Positions 45,467 to 54,433 of a stretch of 64,000 bases of DNA are shown piece after piece (position 1 is the stretch's first letter; each line of letters begins with the position of its first letter). The notes under the pieces were generated by a model. It searched no databases, had not been told where the DNA came from, and saw only the letters and a program-made list of their open reading frames with translations. The DNA is taken from assembly GCA_963703985.1 (NCBI GenBank), contig CAVPGH010000001.1:3051338-3115337 (forward strand). The letters run 5' to 3'. The position numbers and the translations under genes are program-made. The stretch is from an uncultured Acidobacteriota bacterium (GTDB lineage: Bacteria; Acidobacteriota; Vicinamibacteria; Fen-336).

Positions 45467-46924
45467 ATGAACAAGGTACGAAGGCTCTCTAGCGTTGCCG
45501 CCTCCGCGGCGATCTCGTTGGGCCTGCTGGCCGGCTGCTCGAAGGAGGAGGGGCCTCCCGCCGGGAAAGAGGCCGCGGAGAAGGTGGGCCCCGTCGAGGT
45601 CAAGGCCATCGCGGAAGAGGCCTACATCTACGGCTTCCCCATGATCGCGGCCTACAAGGCGATGTACCAGTTCAACGTCGACAAGTCGTCGTCGCAATAC
45701 AAGGGACCCTTCAACCAGATCCACGGCGACGCGCGCGTGTTCACACCCAAGGACACCGCGATCGTGACCCCGAACAGCGACACCCCTTACTCGATGGTCG
45801 AGCTCGACCTGCGCGCCGAGCCAATCGTGCTGTGCGTGCCCGCCATCGAGAAGCGCCGCTACTACTCCGTGCAGCTCACGGACATGTACTCCTTCAACTA
45901 CGGCTATGTCGGCAGCCGCGCCACCGGGAACGATGCGGGCTGCTACATGGTGGCGGGACCCGACTCGAGCGGCGAAGACCCCGCCGGCGTCAAGAAGGTG
46001 TTCCGCAGCGAGACGCAGTTCTCGCTCGCCATCTATCGCACCCAGCTCTTCGATGCGGGCGACATCGGGAACGTCGAGAAGGTCCAGGCCGGGTACACGG
46101 TCTCTCCCTTGTCGGCGTTCCTGAAGAAGCCCGCGCCGCCGGCGGCTCCGCCCATCGACTTCCCAAGGTTCAGCGAGGACGACTTCAAGGCGAATTTCGC
46201 CAGCACCCTGGACTTCCTGCTGCAGTTCTGCCCGGAGGTGCCCGAGGAGAAGGCGCTGCGCGCGCGCTTCGCCCGCATCGGCATCGGGCCCGGCAAGAAG
46301 CTCGACTTCAAGGACCTCTCGCCGGAGCACAAGGCGGCGGTGGGGCTCGCCGTCAAGGAGGGCTACGAGAAGATCGAGAAGCAGCGCGACGCGCTGGGCA
46401 GGGACATCAACGGATGGGGGGTGGCCTCGGCCTTCGGCGACCGCGCCTTCTACGACGGCAACTACCTCCTCCGCGCGGCCGCGGCCCTGGCCGGGATCTT
46501 CGGGAACGACGCGGTGGAGGCGATGTACCCGATGGCGAAGAGGGACGGCGAGGGCCAGCCCCTCGACGGGAGCCAGCACAAGTACACGCTGACCTTCGCC
46601 GTGGACCAGTACCCCCCGGTGAACGCGTTCTGGTCGGTCACGATGTACGACGGCAAGACGCAGCTCCTGATCGACAACCCGATCAACCGCTACCTCGTCA
46701 ACTCGCCGATGCTTCGGGGCCTGAAGAAGAACCCGGACGGGTCGTTGACCCTCTACATCCAGAAGGACTCCCCGGGCAAGGGGCAGGAGTCCAACTGGCT
46801 GCCCGCGCCGAACGGGCCGATCTACATGGTCATGCGCCTCTACTGGCCGAAGGACACGCCGCCGTCGATCCTTCCGCCGGGCTCCGGCACGTGGCGACCG
46901 CCGGCGATCAAGCGCGCCGACTGA
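45467..46924 (+). CDS. DUF1254/DUF1214 domain lipoprotein
   Basis: ORF 45467..46924 has a lipobox (LGLLAGCS). The segments AEEAYIYGFPMIAAYKAMYQF...TPNSDTPYSM...YYSVQLTDMYSFNYGYVGSRATGN and ...AFWSVTMYD...NPINRYLVNS...NWLPAP.GPIYMVMRLYWP are the DUF1254 and DUF1214 signatures. Confidence 0.8.
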   Translation: MNKVRRLSSVAASAAISLGLLAGCSKEEGPPAGKEAAEKVGPVEVKAIAEEAYIYGFPMIAAYKAMYQFNVDKSSSQYKGPFNQIHGDARVFTPKDTAIVTPNSDTPYSMVELDLRAEPIVLCVPAIEKRRYYSVQLTDMYSFNYGYVGSRATGNDAGCYMVAGPDSSGEDPAGVKKVFRSETQFSLAIYRTQLFDAGDIGNVEKVQAGYTVSPLSAFLKKPAPPAAPPIDFPRFSEDDFKANFASTLDFLLQFCPEVPEEKALRARFARIGIGPGKKLDFKDLSPEHKAAVGLAVKEGYEKIEKQRDALGRDINGWGVASAFGDRAFYDGNYLLRAAAALAGIFGNDAVEAMYPMAKRDGEGQPLDGSQHKYTLTFAVDQYPPVNAFWSVTMYDGKTQLLIDNPINRYLVNSPMLRGLKKNPDGSLTLYIQKDSPGKGQESNWLPAPNGPIYMVMRLYWPKDTPPSILPPGSGTWRPPAIKRAD

Positions 46925-47103
46925 GGCGCCCGGACCCTCGGAAGGAGCAGGCGATGGGAAACCTAGCGGGCACGCCGCCCTGACCGATCGGGCTCACCGG
47001 CTGAGACCCTCATCGTCGCCGTGGCCCTGGCCATCCTGCCGTATCTGATCCTCCGCGGTCCGGTGAGCCGCATCGCCCGGCGGTGACGTGGCGTCGGTCC
47101 AAG

Positions 47104-47144
47104 CAGTTTTCGGATAGACGGCGGGAAGCGCGACCGGCTATCGT
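47104..47144 (+). promoter_or_regulatory. Shared promoter-like motif, copy 2 (CAGTTTTCGGATAG ... TATCGT)
   Basis: The box is at 47104-47117 and the hexamer at 47139-47144, in the same 35-nt register. It lies 58 nt upstream of the 47202 ATG. Confidence 0.55.
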
Positions 47145-47201
47145 GCCGCATCAGCAACGGGATGAAGGGATGTCCCTTGGAATCCCACGAAAGGACAGGA
47201 T

Positions 47202-47819
47202 ATGCAACCAATCAGGGGCGTGACTTCGAGGATGAGCGGGCTCGCGGTCGGCGGTCTTCTGGTGCTGGGCCTGCTGAGCGCGGGAAGCACTACGGTCTCG
47301 GCGGAGAGAGTGAAGCCGGAGACGATCGAGGCGGAAGCCATGGGTACGGGGACCCAGCTCGGACAGATGTACGGCGTGACCGTGATCATCTACGAGTACT
47401 CCACCCCCGAAGACAGACAGATACTGGTGGACGCGTTCAAGAAGGGCCAGAACCAGGGATTGGTCAATGCGCTGAGCAAGATGAAGGCGGTGGGTCGCAT
47501 CGCGATCACCGGCACGCTGGGCTACGACCTCAGCTTCATCAAGCTGATTCCGACCCCCACCGGCCGAAAGATCCGCTTCGTCACCAACCGCCAGATCCGG
47601 TTCGGTGAGGCCTTTTCCGACTCCCAGAGCCAGTACTTCAACCTGTCGGCGGGCGAGTTCGACCTTAACGACCAGGAGAAGCACAAGAGCACGGGCGTCC
47701 TCTACCCCCTCGCTCAGCTCGTGGTCAACAAGGAAGGGCAGCTCTCGTTCGAGCTGAACCAGAACCCCTGGAACATGGTTCAGATCATCGATTGGAAGGG
47801 AACGGCGGGCGTCAACTAG
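47202..47819 (+). CDS. Secreted hypothetical protein (paralogue of 39493..40116)
   Basis: ORF 47202..47819 has a signal peptide (LAVGGLLVLGLLSAGSTTVSA). It shares YSTPED...LV.AL...K..G......LGYDL...P.G.KI...TNR...F.E with 39493..40116. Confidence 0.6.
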   Translation: MQPIRGVTSRMSGLAVGGLLVLGLLSAGSTTVSAERVKPETIEAEAMGTGTQLGQMYGVTVIIYEYSTPEDRQILVDAFKKGQNQGLVNALSKMKAVGRIAITGTLGYDLSFIKLIPTPTGRKIRFVTNRQIRFGEAFSDSQSQYFNLSAGEFDLNDQEKHKSTGVLYPLAQLVVNKEGQLSFELNQNPWNMVQIIDWKGTAGVN

Positions 47820-47872
47820 GTCGCATTCGAAGGCCGACGTCTTCCTCGCGGACCTTTCTATCGAGGTGCTTT

Positions 47873-48370
47873 GTGAAGATTCAACGAGTCATTGCGATCA
47901 GCGGTGGTGTCTTTCTGCTCTCACTGTCGGCCGCCGGCCACGTGGCGGCCCACGAGAAGCTTTCCAAGAGTGTGTGCGCGAACCCGCATCCCGAGACCCT
48001 GTGCGACAGCGGCAACACTTGTGGATCGGCTTCCGTTCCCTGCGCGGTAGACGTCAAACGGACGGCCAACTCGACCTCGGCGACCGCGGCCGTTCCCAGC
48101 GCCAAGGGCAACGCGGTCTTCTGCGTCGGTGTCGGCACCACCGTGAAGTGGGCGAGCGATTCCAAGAACACCGGTTTCGTCATCGACTTCGGTGCTTCCT
48201 CTCCCTTCGCGCCGGCGGGAACGATCCTCGGCGGCTCCGACCGTGCGGTGTCCGTCGTGACGAAGAAGCCGGGCTGCTACAAGTACTCCGTGGGGGCCTG
48301 CGTTTCCGGGGGGATCTCCGGGATGTGCGAGTCCGCGGAGGCGGAAATCATCGCCACCGGCGGCAAGTAA
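47873..48370 (+). CDS. Small secreted Cys-rich hypothetical protein
   Basis: This is ORF 47792..48370 taken from the GTG at 47873, which has a GAGGTG upstream. It has a signal peptide (VIAISGGVFLLSLSAAGHVAA) and eight Cys in ~140 mature residues. Confidence 0.5.
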   Translation: MKIQRVIAISGGVFLLSLSAAGHVAAHEKLSKSVCANPHPETLCDSGNTCGSASVPCAVDVKRTANSTSATAAVPSAKGNAVFCVGVGTTVKWASDSKNTGFVIDFGASSPFAPAGTILGGSDRAVSVVTKKPGCYKYSVGACVSGGISGMCESAEAEIIATGGK

Positions 48371-48379
48371 CTCCCGCCA

Positions 48380-48396
48380 GGTGGCCATGGGCCACC
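48380..48396 (+). terminator. Short GC hairpin after the Cys-rich protein gene (weak terminator candidate)
   Basis: GGTGGCC atg GGCCACC has a 7-bp stem and begins 10 nt after the stop at 48370. There is no T-run. Confidence 0.3.
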
Positions 48397-48407
48397 GCGG
48401 GGTGACG

Positions 48408-48448
48408 CAGTTTCCGGATAGACGTTACGAGCAGCGGCCGCGTATCGT
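48408..48448 (+). promoter_or_regulatory. Shared promoter-like motif, copy 3 (CAGTTTCCGGATAG ... TATCGT)
   Basis: The box is at 48408-48421 and the hexamer at 48443-48448, in the same 35-nt register. It lies 40 nt upstream of the 48488 ATG. Copies 2 and 3 also share GATAGACG and TATCGTG-CCGCA. Confidence 0.55.
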
Positions 48449-48487
48449 GGCCGCAGTGAAGGCGGAGCAACGCACAAGGAGGAGCCA

Positions 48488-49069
48488 ATGAGGGACGTTA
48501 GGAGCGACATTCTGTTGATGGCAGGCCTGCTCGTGGGCGTGGGGGCGGCGGCCGCGCTCGCCCAGGGCAGTACGACGGTGGGTCCGGCCGTGAAGCCGGC
48601 GGCGGTGGCGAAGAGGGCCACGACGGCCCCGCCCGCGAGCGCGACCAAGGCCAAGAGCGTGGGAAAGACGGCGGCCAAGACCTCGACCGCCAACAGCGCG
48701 ACCGATGACGACAGCTTCTGGGTCGAGCAGCTCGACATCGACGGCGACGGCAACGTCGAGGACTCGAACCTGGTCTGGGACGACGAGGACAAGGTCCTCT
48801 TCGCCTACAGCGACGGCTCCTTTACGTGCAAGAACGGCGCCACGGGGACCGGTGAGCTGCTCATTGCCACCAACGCCGCGGGCAACCCCCGGAAGCGGCC
48901 GGTGGGCTCGGGGTTCTGGGTCGCGGCCGTCGACAAGAGCGAGTGCGGCGCCCAGGCCGCGGGTCTCTTCGGGTGCCGGTTCGACGCGAGCGGCACCGAG
49001 ACCGCCTGTGGCATGGCCACGATCGACGAGAAGAACGACGACCTCGTGATCGTGGCGGCTCAGTCGTAG
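48488..49069 (+). CDS. Secreted hypothetical protein with an EF-hand-like DxDxDG loop
   Basis: ORF 48488..49069 has an AGGAGG upstream, a signal peptide and an Ala/Lys/Thr-rich linker. The loop is LDIDGDGNVEDSN, followed by four Cys. Confidence 0.55.
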   Translation: MRDVRSDILLMAGLLVGVGAAAALAQGSTTVGPAVKPAAVAKRATTAPPASATKAKSVGKTAAKTSTANSATDDDSFWVEQLDIDGDGNVEDSNLVWDDEDKVLFAYSDGSFTCKNGATGTGELLIATNAAGNPRKRPVGSGFWVAAVDKSECGAQAAGLFGCRFDASGTETACGMATIDEKNDDLVIVAAQS

Positions 49070-49166
49070 GACGAGCTCGGCCGTTCCCCCCGACGGGTCC
49101 CTCGCACGGTCGAGCCGTGGTGCGGGGGGCCCGCGAGCGTGGAGACATTCTGGATGGAGGCTCTCG

Positions 49167-49964
49167 ATGCAGGTGACGATCCGAACGGCTCTCGGCCGGC
49201 TGGGGGTCGCGGGCGCCCTTTTCATGGCCGCGTCGGTTCCCGTGCGGGCGCAGGCGCCGGCGGGCCAGGGGATGGACGACCAGTGGCACTTCGTGATCGC
49301 GCCCTACATGTGGGCCGCGGGGATCAAGGGTGACCTCTCCGTCGGAAACTTCATCGAAGTCCCGGTGGAGGCGTCGTTCTCCGACATCATGGAGAACTTC
49401 GACATCGGGCTCCTCGCCCACTTCGAGGGCCGGAAGAACCGCTGGGGCTTCGCGTTCGACCTCATGTACATGAAGCTGAGCGCCCCCGTGGCCAGCAGCG
49501 CGCCCGTCCTCGGTCAGCTCGGCATCAATATCGACGTCCGGCAGGTCATGACCGAGACCCTGGTCTTCCGGCGCGTGTCCAGCGGCGGCTCCAAGGGCAA
49601 CCCGTCGCACGTGGACGTCATCGCGGGAGCCCGGTACTTCGCGACGAGCGCGCAGCTCGAGAACGACGTCCTCCAGACCGGTGAGAAGAGGCTGAACTGG
49701 GTGGACGCCCTGATCGGCCTCCGCTTCCGCGCTCCCCTGGGAGCCCGCGTGGCGCTCCTGGGCCGTGGCGACATCGCGGGCTTCGGCTCCAAGTTCACCT
49801 GGAATCTCGAGGGCGACCTGGCCTTCCTGCTTTCGGAGCACTGGGCCCTGGGTGCCGGGTATCGCTACCTCGACATCGACTACGAGAAGGGCGAGGACCG
49901 GGACCGCGAGGTCTTCGACGTCGCCTTCAACGGGCCGCGGGCCTGGTTCAGCTACGCGTGGTAG
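49167..49964 (+). CDS. Outer-membrane beta-barrel protein (uncharacterised family)
   Basis: ORF 49167..49964 has a GGAGG upstream and a signal peptide ending in VRAQA. It has alternating-hydrophobic strands (WHFVIAPYMWAAGIKGDLSV, WGFAFDLMYMKLS, WALGAGYRYLDIDY) and a C-terminal aromatic residue (FSYAW). Confidence 0.6.
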   Translation: MQVTIRTALGRLGVAGALFMAASVPVRAQAPAGQGMDDQWHFVIAPYMWAAGIKGDLSVGNFIEVPVEASFSDIMENFDIGLLAHFEGRKNRWGFAFDLMYMKLSAPVASSAPVLGQLGINIDVRQVMTETLVFRRVSSGGSKGNPSHVDVIAGARYFATSAQLENDVLQTGEKRLNWVDALIGLRFRAPLGARVALLGRGDIAGFGSKFTWNLEGDLAFLLSEHWALGAGYRYLDIDYEKGEDRDREVFDVAFNGPRAWFSYAW

Positions 49965-49974
49965 CCCTCCCGCG

Positions 49975-51305
49975 GTGACGGAGGAAGCGAAGCCGAACGG
50001 GCTCGATCGGGCCCTCCGTGTCTTCGGCGACGTGCGGGCAGGGGAGGGGGCGACCGTCCTCCTCATGTCGCTCAACGTCTACCTGCTGCTCGTCGGCTAC
50101 TACGTCCTGAAGACGGTCCGCGAGCCGCTGATCCTTGCCGCGGGCGGCGCGGAGCTCAAGTCCTACGCGGCCGCCGCCCAGGCCGCGGCCCTCGTCGCTC
50201 TACGTGCCCCTCTACGGCTGGGTGGCGTCGCGCCTGCCCCGCCAGCGTTTCCTGATGGCGGTGATCCTGTTCTTCGTGGGGTGCATCGAGCTCTTCTTCC
50301 TCGCCGGCCGCATGAAGGCTGCCCCACCTCGGCTTCGTGTTCTACGTGTGGGTGGGGATCTTCAGCCTGACCATGATCGCCCAGTTCTGGTCCTACGCGA
50401 ACGAGATCTACACCCGCGCCGACGGGGATCGCCTCTTCCCGCTGATCGCGGTGGGCTCGGCGGCGGGGGCGCCGCTCGGGGCGGCGGTGGCGGAGCATCT
50501 CTTCGGCCTCGGCATGAGCCCGTTCACGATGATGCAGATCGCGGCGGGGCTCCTGCTCGTCCACCTCGTCCTCTACCGGGTGGTGAACCGGCGCGTGAGC
50601 GCCACGGGGGCGCGGCCGGCCCAGGCGCCGATCAAGGCCGGCAACGGCTTCGCCCTCGTCCTGAAGAGCCGCTACCTGGCGCTCGTCGCCCTCCTCCTCG
50701 TCCTCCTGAACATCGTCAACACCGTCGGCGAGTACATCCTCGGACAGGCGGTGGTGCGCGCGGCGGACGCGCAGGTCGCGGTGCGAGGCCGGCTTCGACA
50801 AGGAGGCCTACATCGGGACGTTCTACGGCGGCTACTTCTTCTGGACGAACGTGGCCACCATCCTCATCCAGGCCTTCGTCGTCTCGCGCATCGTCAAGCG
50901 GTTCGGGATGCGCGGCGTCCTCCTCGCCCTGCCCGCTCGTCGCGCTCGGGGCCTACGGGCTCGCGGCGGCGGGGGCCGGTCTCATGGCCCTGCGCTCCCT
51001 GAAGATCGCGGAGAACTCCACCGACTACTCGGTGAACAACACGGCCAAGCAGATGATCTGGCTGCCCACGAGCCGCGAGGAGAAGTACAAGGCGAAGCAG
51101 GCCATCGACACCTTCTTCGTGCGGAGCGGCGACATGCTCGCCGCGGGGGTCGTGTTCCTGGGGACGCACGGCCTCGCCCTCGGCGTGCGCCGGCTTCGCC
51201 CGGGCCAACATCGCGGTGGTCCTGGTCGCGATCTTCGTCGCCGTGCTACTGTTGCGGGAGTATCGGCGCCTGACCGAGCAGCCGAGCGCGAGCGAGGCGT
51301 CCTGA
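49975..51305 (+). pseudogene. ATP:ADP-antiporter-like (TLC/AAA family) MFS-type transporter, five +1 frameshifts as assembled
   Basis: I joined segments from four ORFs:
- From 49765..50370: VTEEAKPNGLDRALRVFGDVRAGEGATVLLMSLNVYLLLVGYYVLKTVREPLILAAGGAELKSYAAAAQAAALV.
- From 50135..: LYVPLYGWVASRLPRQRFLMAVILFFVGCIELFFLAGRMKAA.
- From 50337..: HLGFVFYVWVGIFSLTMIAQFWSYANEIYTRADGDRLFPLIAVGSAAGAPLGA...
- From 50851..: EAGFDKEAYIGTFYGGYFFWTNVATILIQAFVVSRIVKRFGMRGVLLALP.
- From 50135.. again: LVALGAYGLAAAGAGLMALRSLKIAENSTDYSVNNTAKQMIWLPTSREEKYKAKQAIDTFFVRSGDMLAAG.
- My translation of the final segment: GFARANIAVVLVAIFVAVLLLREYRRLTEQPSASEAS, with the stop at 51303-51305.
The frame changes are at about 50197, 50324, 50784, 50935 and 51191. 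Confidence 0.6.
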
Positions 51306-51355
51306 AGGAGTAGGGCGGCCGTCGCGGACCACGCGTGGGCAGTGGAGGCGGCGCG

Positions 51356-53565
51356 ATGACTTCGGCGCCCAAGCCACCCGATTCCGATACCTGGATCTCC
51401 GGCCTCGAGCCCCTCGGGCCCGACGACGATCCCGTCGCGGGAACGCCGGAGGTGCGCATCGGCCCCTACAAGCTGCTCCAGAAGCTCGGCGAGGGGGGCA
51501 TGGGCACGGTCTGGGTGGCGGAGCAGACCGAGCCTGTCCGGCGGCGGGTGGCCCTCAAGGTCATCAAGGCCGGCATGGACTCGGAGCAGGTGCTCCACCG
51601 CTTCGAGGCGGAGCGGCAGGCCCTCGCCCTCATGGATCACCGGAGCATCGCGACGGTGCTGGACGCGGGCACGTCCGAGACCGGCCGACCGTATTTCGTC
51701 ATGGAGCTGGTCAAGGGAGTCCCCATCACGAAGTACTGCGACGAGCTCAAGGCCCCCATTCGCGAGCGGCTGAAGCTGTTCGCAGCGGTCTGCCACGCGA
51801 TCCAGCACGCGCATCAAAAGGGAATCATCCACCGCGACATCAAGCCGGCCAACGTGCTCGTGTCGATTCAAGACGGCGATCCGGTGCCGAAGGTCATCGA
51901 CTTCGGCGTGGCCAAGGCGCTCCACCAGGAGCTGGCCGACCACCCTTCGCATACGGAGGTGGGGGAGCTCGTGGGGACGCTGGAATACATGAGCCCCGAG
52001 CAGGCGGAGCTGAGCGCCCTCGACATCGACACCCGGGCCGACGTCTACGCGCTGGGCGTGATGCTCTATGTGCTCCTCGCCGGGAGCACTCCCCTCGACG
52101 CGAAGCGGCTCCGGAGCGCCCCCCTGACGGAGAGGATTCGCGTGATTCGCGAGGAAGACCCCCCCAAACCCAGTGTGCGATTGACGCAGTCGGGAGAAGC
52201 GCTGGCCGGGCTGGCGGCGCGGCGGCACGTGGATCCGGCGCGGCTGACTCGGGAACTGAGGGGCGAGCTGGACTGGATCGTGATGAAGGCCCTGGAGAAG
52301 GACCGGGCGCGACGCTACGAGGCGGCCAGCGCCCTCGCAAGGGACGTCGAGCGCTACCTGCAGCACGAGCCGGTCGAGGCCTGCCCCCCCAGCACCCGCT
52401 ACCGGCTGGGAAAGTTCCTGCGCCGGCACCGGATGGGAGCGCTCACGCGCGGCGGCCGGGCTCGTGCTGCTGGTGGCGGGGGCCGCGGTCAGCACGTGGC
52501 AGGCGGTGCGGGCGACGCGGGCCGAGAGGGCCGCCGCGGCGGTCAGCGAGTTCCTGCAGAACGACCTTCTGGGCCAGGCGGACCTGGCGAACCAGCCCGG
52601 CGAGGGCCCGGGACGCGACCCCGACGTGAAGGTACGGACGCTACTGGACCGAGCCGCCCGGACGATCGAAGGCAAGTTCCGGGAGCAGCCGCTGACGGAG
52701 GCGGCCATCCGACTGACGGTGGGTAAGGCCTACCGGGCGCTGGGCAACTACCCGGAGGCGCAGCGACAGCTCGAACGGTCCACGGACCTGTACGCGGCCA
52801 AGCTGGGAGCCGACCACCCCGATACCCTGCGGCAGCAAGAGCAGCCTGGCGTACCTGTACGGTGCGCAGGCGAAGTACGACCAGGCCGAGCCCCTCTCCC
52901 TGGAGGTGGTGAAGGGCCGGACGGCCCGGCTGGGTGCCGACCACCCCGACACCCTGACCAGCAAGAACAACCTCGCGCAGGTCTACCGGGCCCAGAAGAA
53001 ATACGACCAGGCGGAGCCGCTCTACCTCCAGGTCGTTCAAGCCGACACCGCCAAGCTCGGCGCCGACCACACCGAGACCCTGCGCGCCAAGAACAACCTC
53101 GCAGCTCTCTATAGAGACGAGGAGCGGTACGACAAGGCGGAGGCGCTCTACGAAGACGTGGCGCAAGCCCAGACCCGGAAGCTGGGGGCCGACCATCCCG
53201 ATACCCTCGTCACCAAGAACGGCCTGGCCTGGGTCTACAAAGGGAAGGAGCGCTACGAAGAGGCGGAGGCCCTCTTCCAGGAGGTACTGCGGGCCCGGAC
53301 GGCCAACCTGGGAGCCGACCATCCCGACACCCTCGTCACCAAGAACAACCTGGCCCTTCTCTACCAGGCACGGAAGCAGTACGACCTGGCCGAGCCGCTC
53401 TTCCGGGAGGTGGTGGAGGGGTCCCGCCGGAAGCTGGGGCCGACGCACCCGGACACCCGGCAGCGCATCCGCAACCTCATCCTTTGTTATGAGCAGACCG
53501 GCCAGACCGGCGGCGCACGGCAATTGCGCAGGGAGCTGGAGGCGGCCGTCCCCAGCTCGAGATGA
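51356..53565 (+). pseudogene. Serine/threonine protein kinase with TM segment and C-terminal TPR repeats; two +1 frameshifts as assembled
   Basis: ORF 51335..52726 has the kinase motifs [32 protein letters not shown] and TLEYMSPEQ. The frame changes at about 52448 into ORF 52464.. (TM segment [18 protein letters not shown]). It changes again at about 52830 into ORF 52906..53565, which has five TPR units of the form LGADHPDTLxxKNNLAxxY. The ATG at 51356 has a GGAGG 7 nt upstream. Confidence 0.8.
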
Positions 53566-53623
53566 GGGCCGGCGCGCGTCAAGTGTCTCGACCGTCAGGG
53601 TCTGCGGTCGGCCGCGGGGCCGC

Positions 53624-53664
53624 AGTTTTCGGATAGCGGTCCCCACGCCTAGCCTGCTAGCCTC
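53624..53664 (+). promoter_or_regulatory. Shared promoter-like motif, copy 4 (CAGTTTTCGGATAG ... TAGCCT)
   Basis: The box is at 53624-53637 and the hexamer at 53659-53664, in the same 35-nt register. It lies 52 nt upstream of the 53716 ATG. Confidence 0.5.
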
Positions 53665-53715
53665 CATCCTGCCACGCTCGGCACGCGCGGGCGGACAAAT
53701 GAGGGAGGAAGGCAC

Positions 53716-54225
53716 ATGCGCCAGTGGAGCTTTGCGGTGATGTTTGCGCTCGGGCTCGCCGGAGTCGCCTTTGCAGGAGACCAGGTGACGACCCAGGCGG
53801 CTGAGGACGCCAACTTCAGCCAGTGCAAGACGTACCAATGGGCCAAGACAGGCCAGGAGATAGCCAACCCGATCACGGCCGGCAACGTCAACAGCACGAT
53901 CGACTCGCAGCTTGCCGCCAAGGGCTGGTCGAAGGCGCCGAACGGGACCTGCTACGTGGCCTACCAGGTGGCCGAGCAGGAGCAGAGGGGCGCCAACTGG
54001 AGCGGGATGGGCGGCTTCGGGCGCTTCGGCGGGGGCATGGGCAACATCCAGACCTACACCATGGAGGCGGGCGAGCTCGTCGTGACCATCCTGGACCCCA
54101 AGAAGAAGGTGATGTGGATCGGTACGGCGAAGGGCACGGTCGACCCCAATCCCCAGAAGGCCACGAAGAACGTCGACAAGGACATAACGAAGATGTTCGA
54201 GAAGTTCCCACCGGGGACGAAGTAG
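53716..54225 (+). CDS. DUF4136 domain protein, secreted
   Basis: ORF 53716..54225. The segments DANFSQCKTYQWAK...IDSQLAAKGWSK...CYVAYQV...AGELVVTILDPKKKVMWIGTAKGTV...KNVDKDITKMFEKFPP match the DUF4136 pattern. Confidence 0.7.
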   Translation: MRQWSFAVMFALGLAGVAFAGDQVTTQAAEDANFSQCKTYQWAKTGQEIANPITAGNVNSTIDSQLAAKGWSKAPNGTCYVAYQVAEQEQRGANWSGMGGFGRFGGGMGNIQTYTMEAGELVVTILDPKKKVMWIGTAKGTVDPNPQKATKNVDKDITKMFEKFPPGTK

Positions 54226-54253
54226 AGGCCGGAGCCACGGCCGCGCGGGGCCC

Positions 54254-54282
54254 GTCATCCGGCGCCCGGTGCGCCGGATGAC
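54254..54282 (+). terminator. Strong GC hairpin after the DUF4136 gene (terminator candidate)
   Basis: GTCATCCGGCGC (54254-54265) and GCGCCGGATGAC (54271-54282) form a perfect 12-bp stem with a 5-nt loop. The hairpin begins 29 nt after the stop. There is no T-run. Confidence 0.5.
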
Positions 54283-54433
54283 GAGCCTCCGGGATCGAGC
54301 TCCCCGCTCAGTTCGTGCCTTCGTTCCCCGTGGCTCTGCCCTCCACGGTGACGATCAACATGCAAGTGGCCGTCCGTTGAACCGCCGATCCCGGCAGGAG
54401 ACGGACGGCTCGCGAGAAACGAGGATCAAGTCA

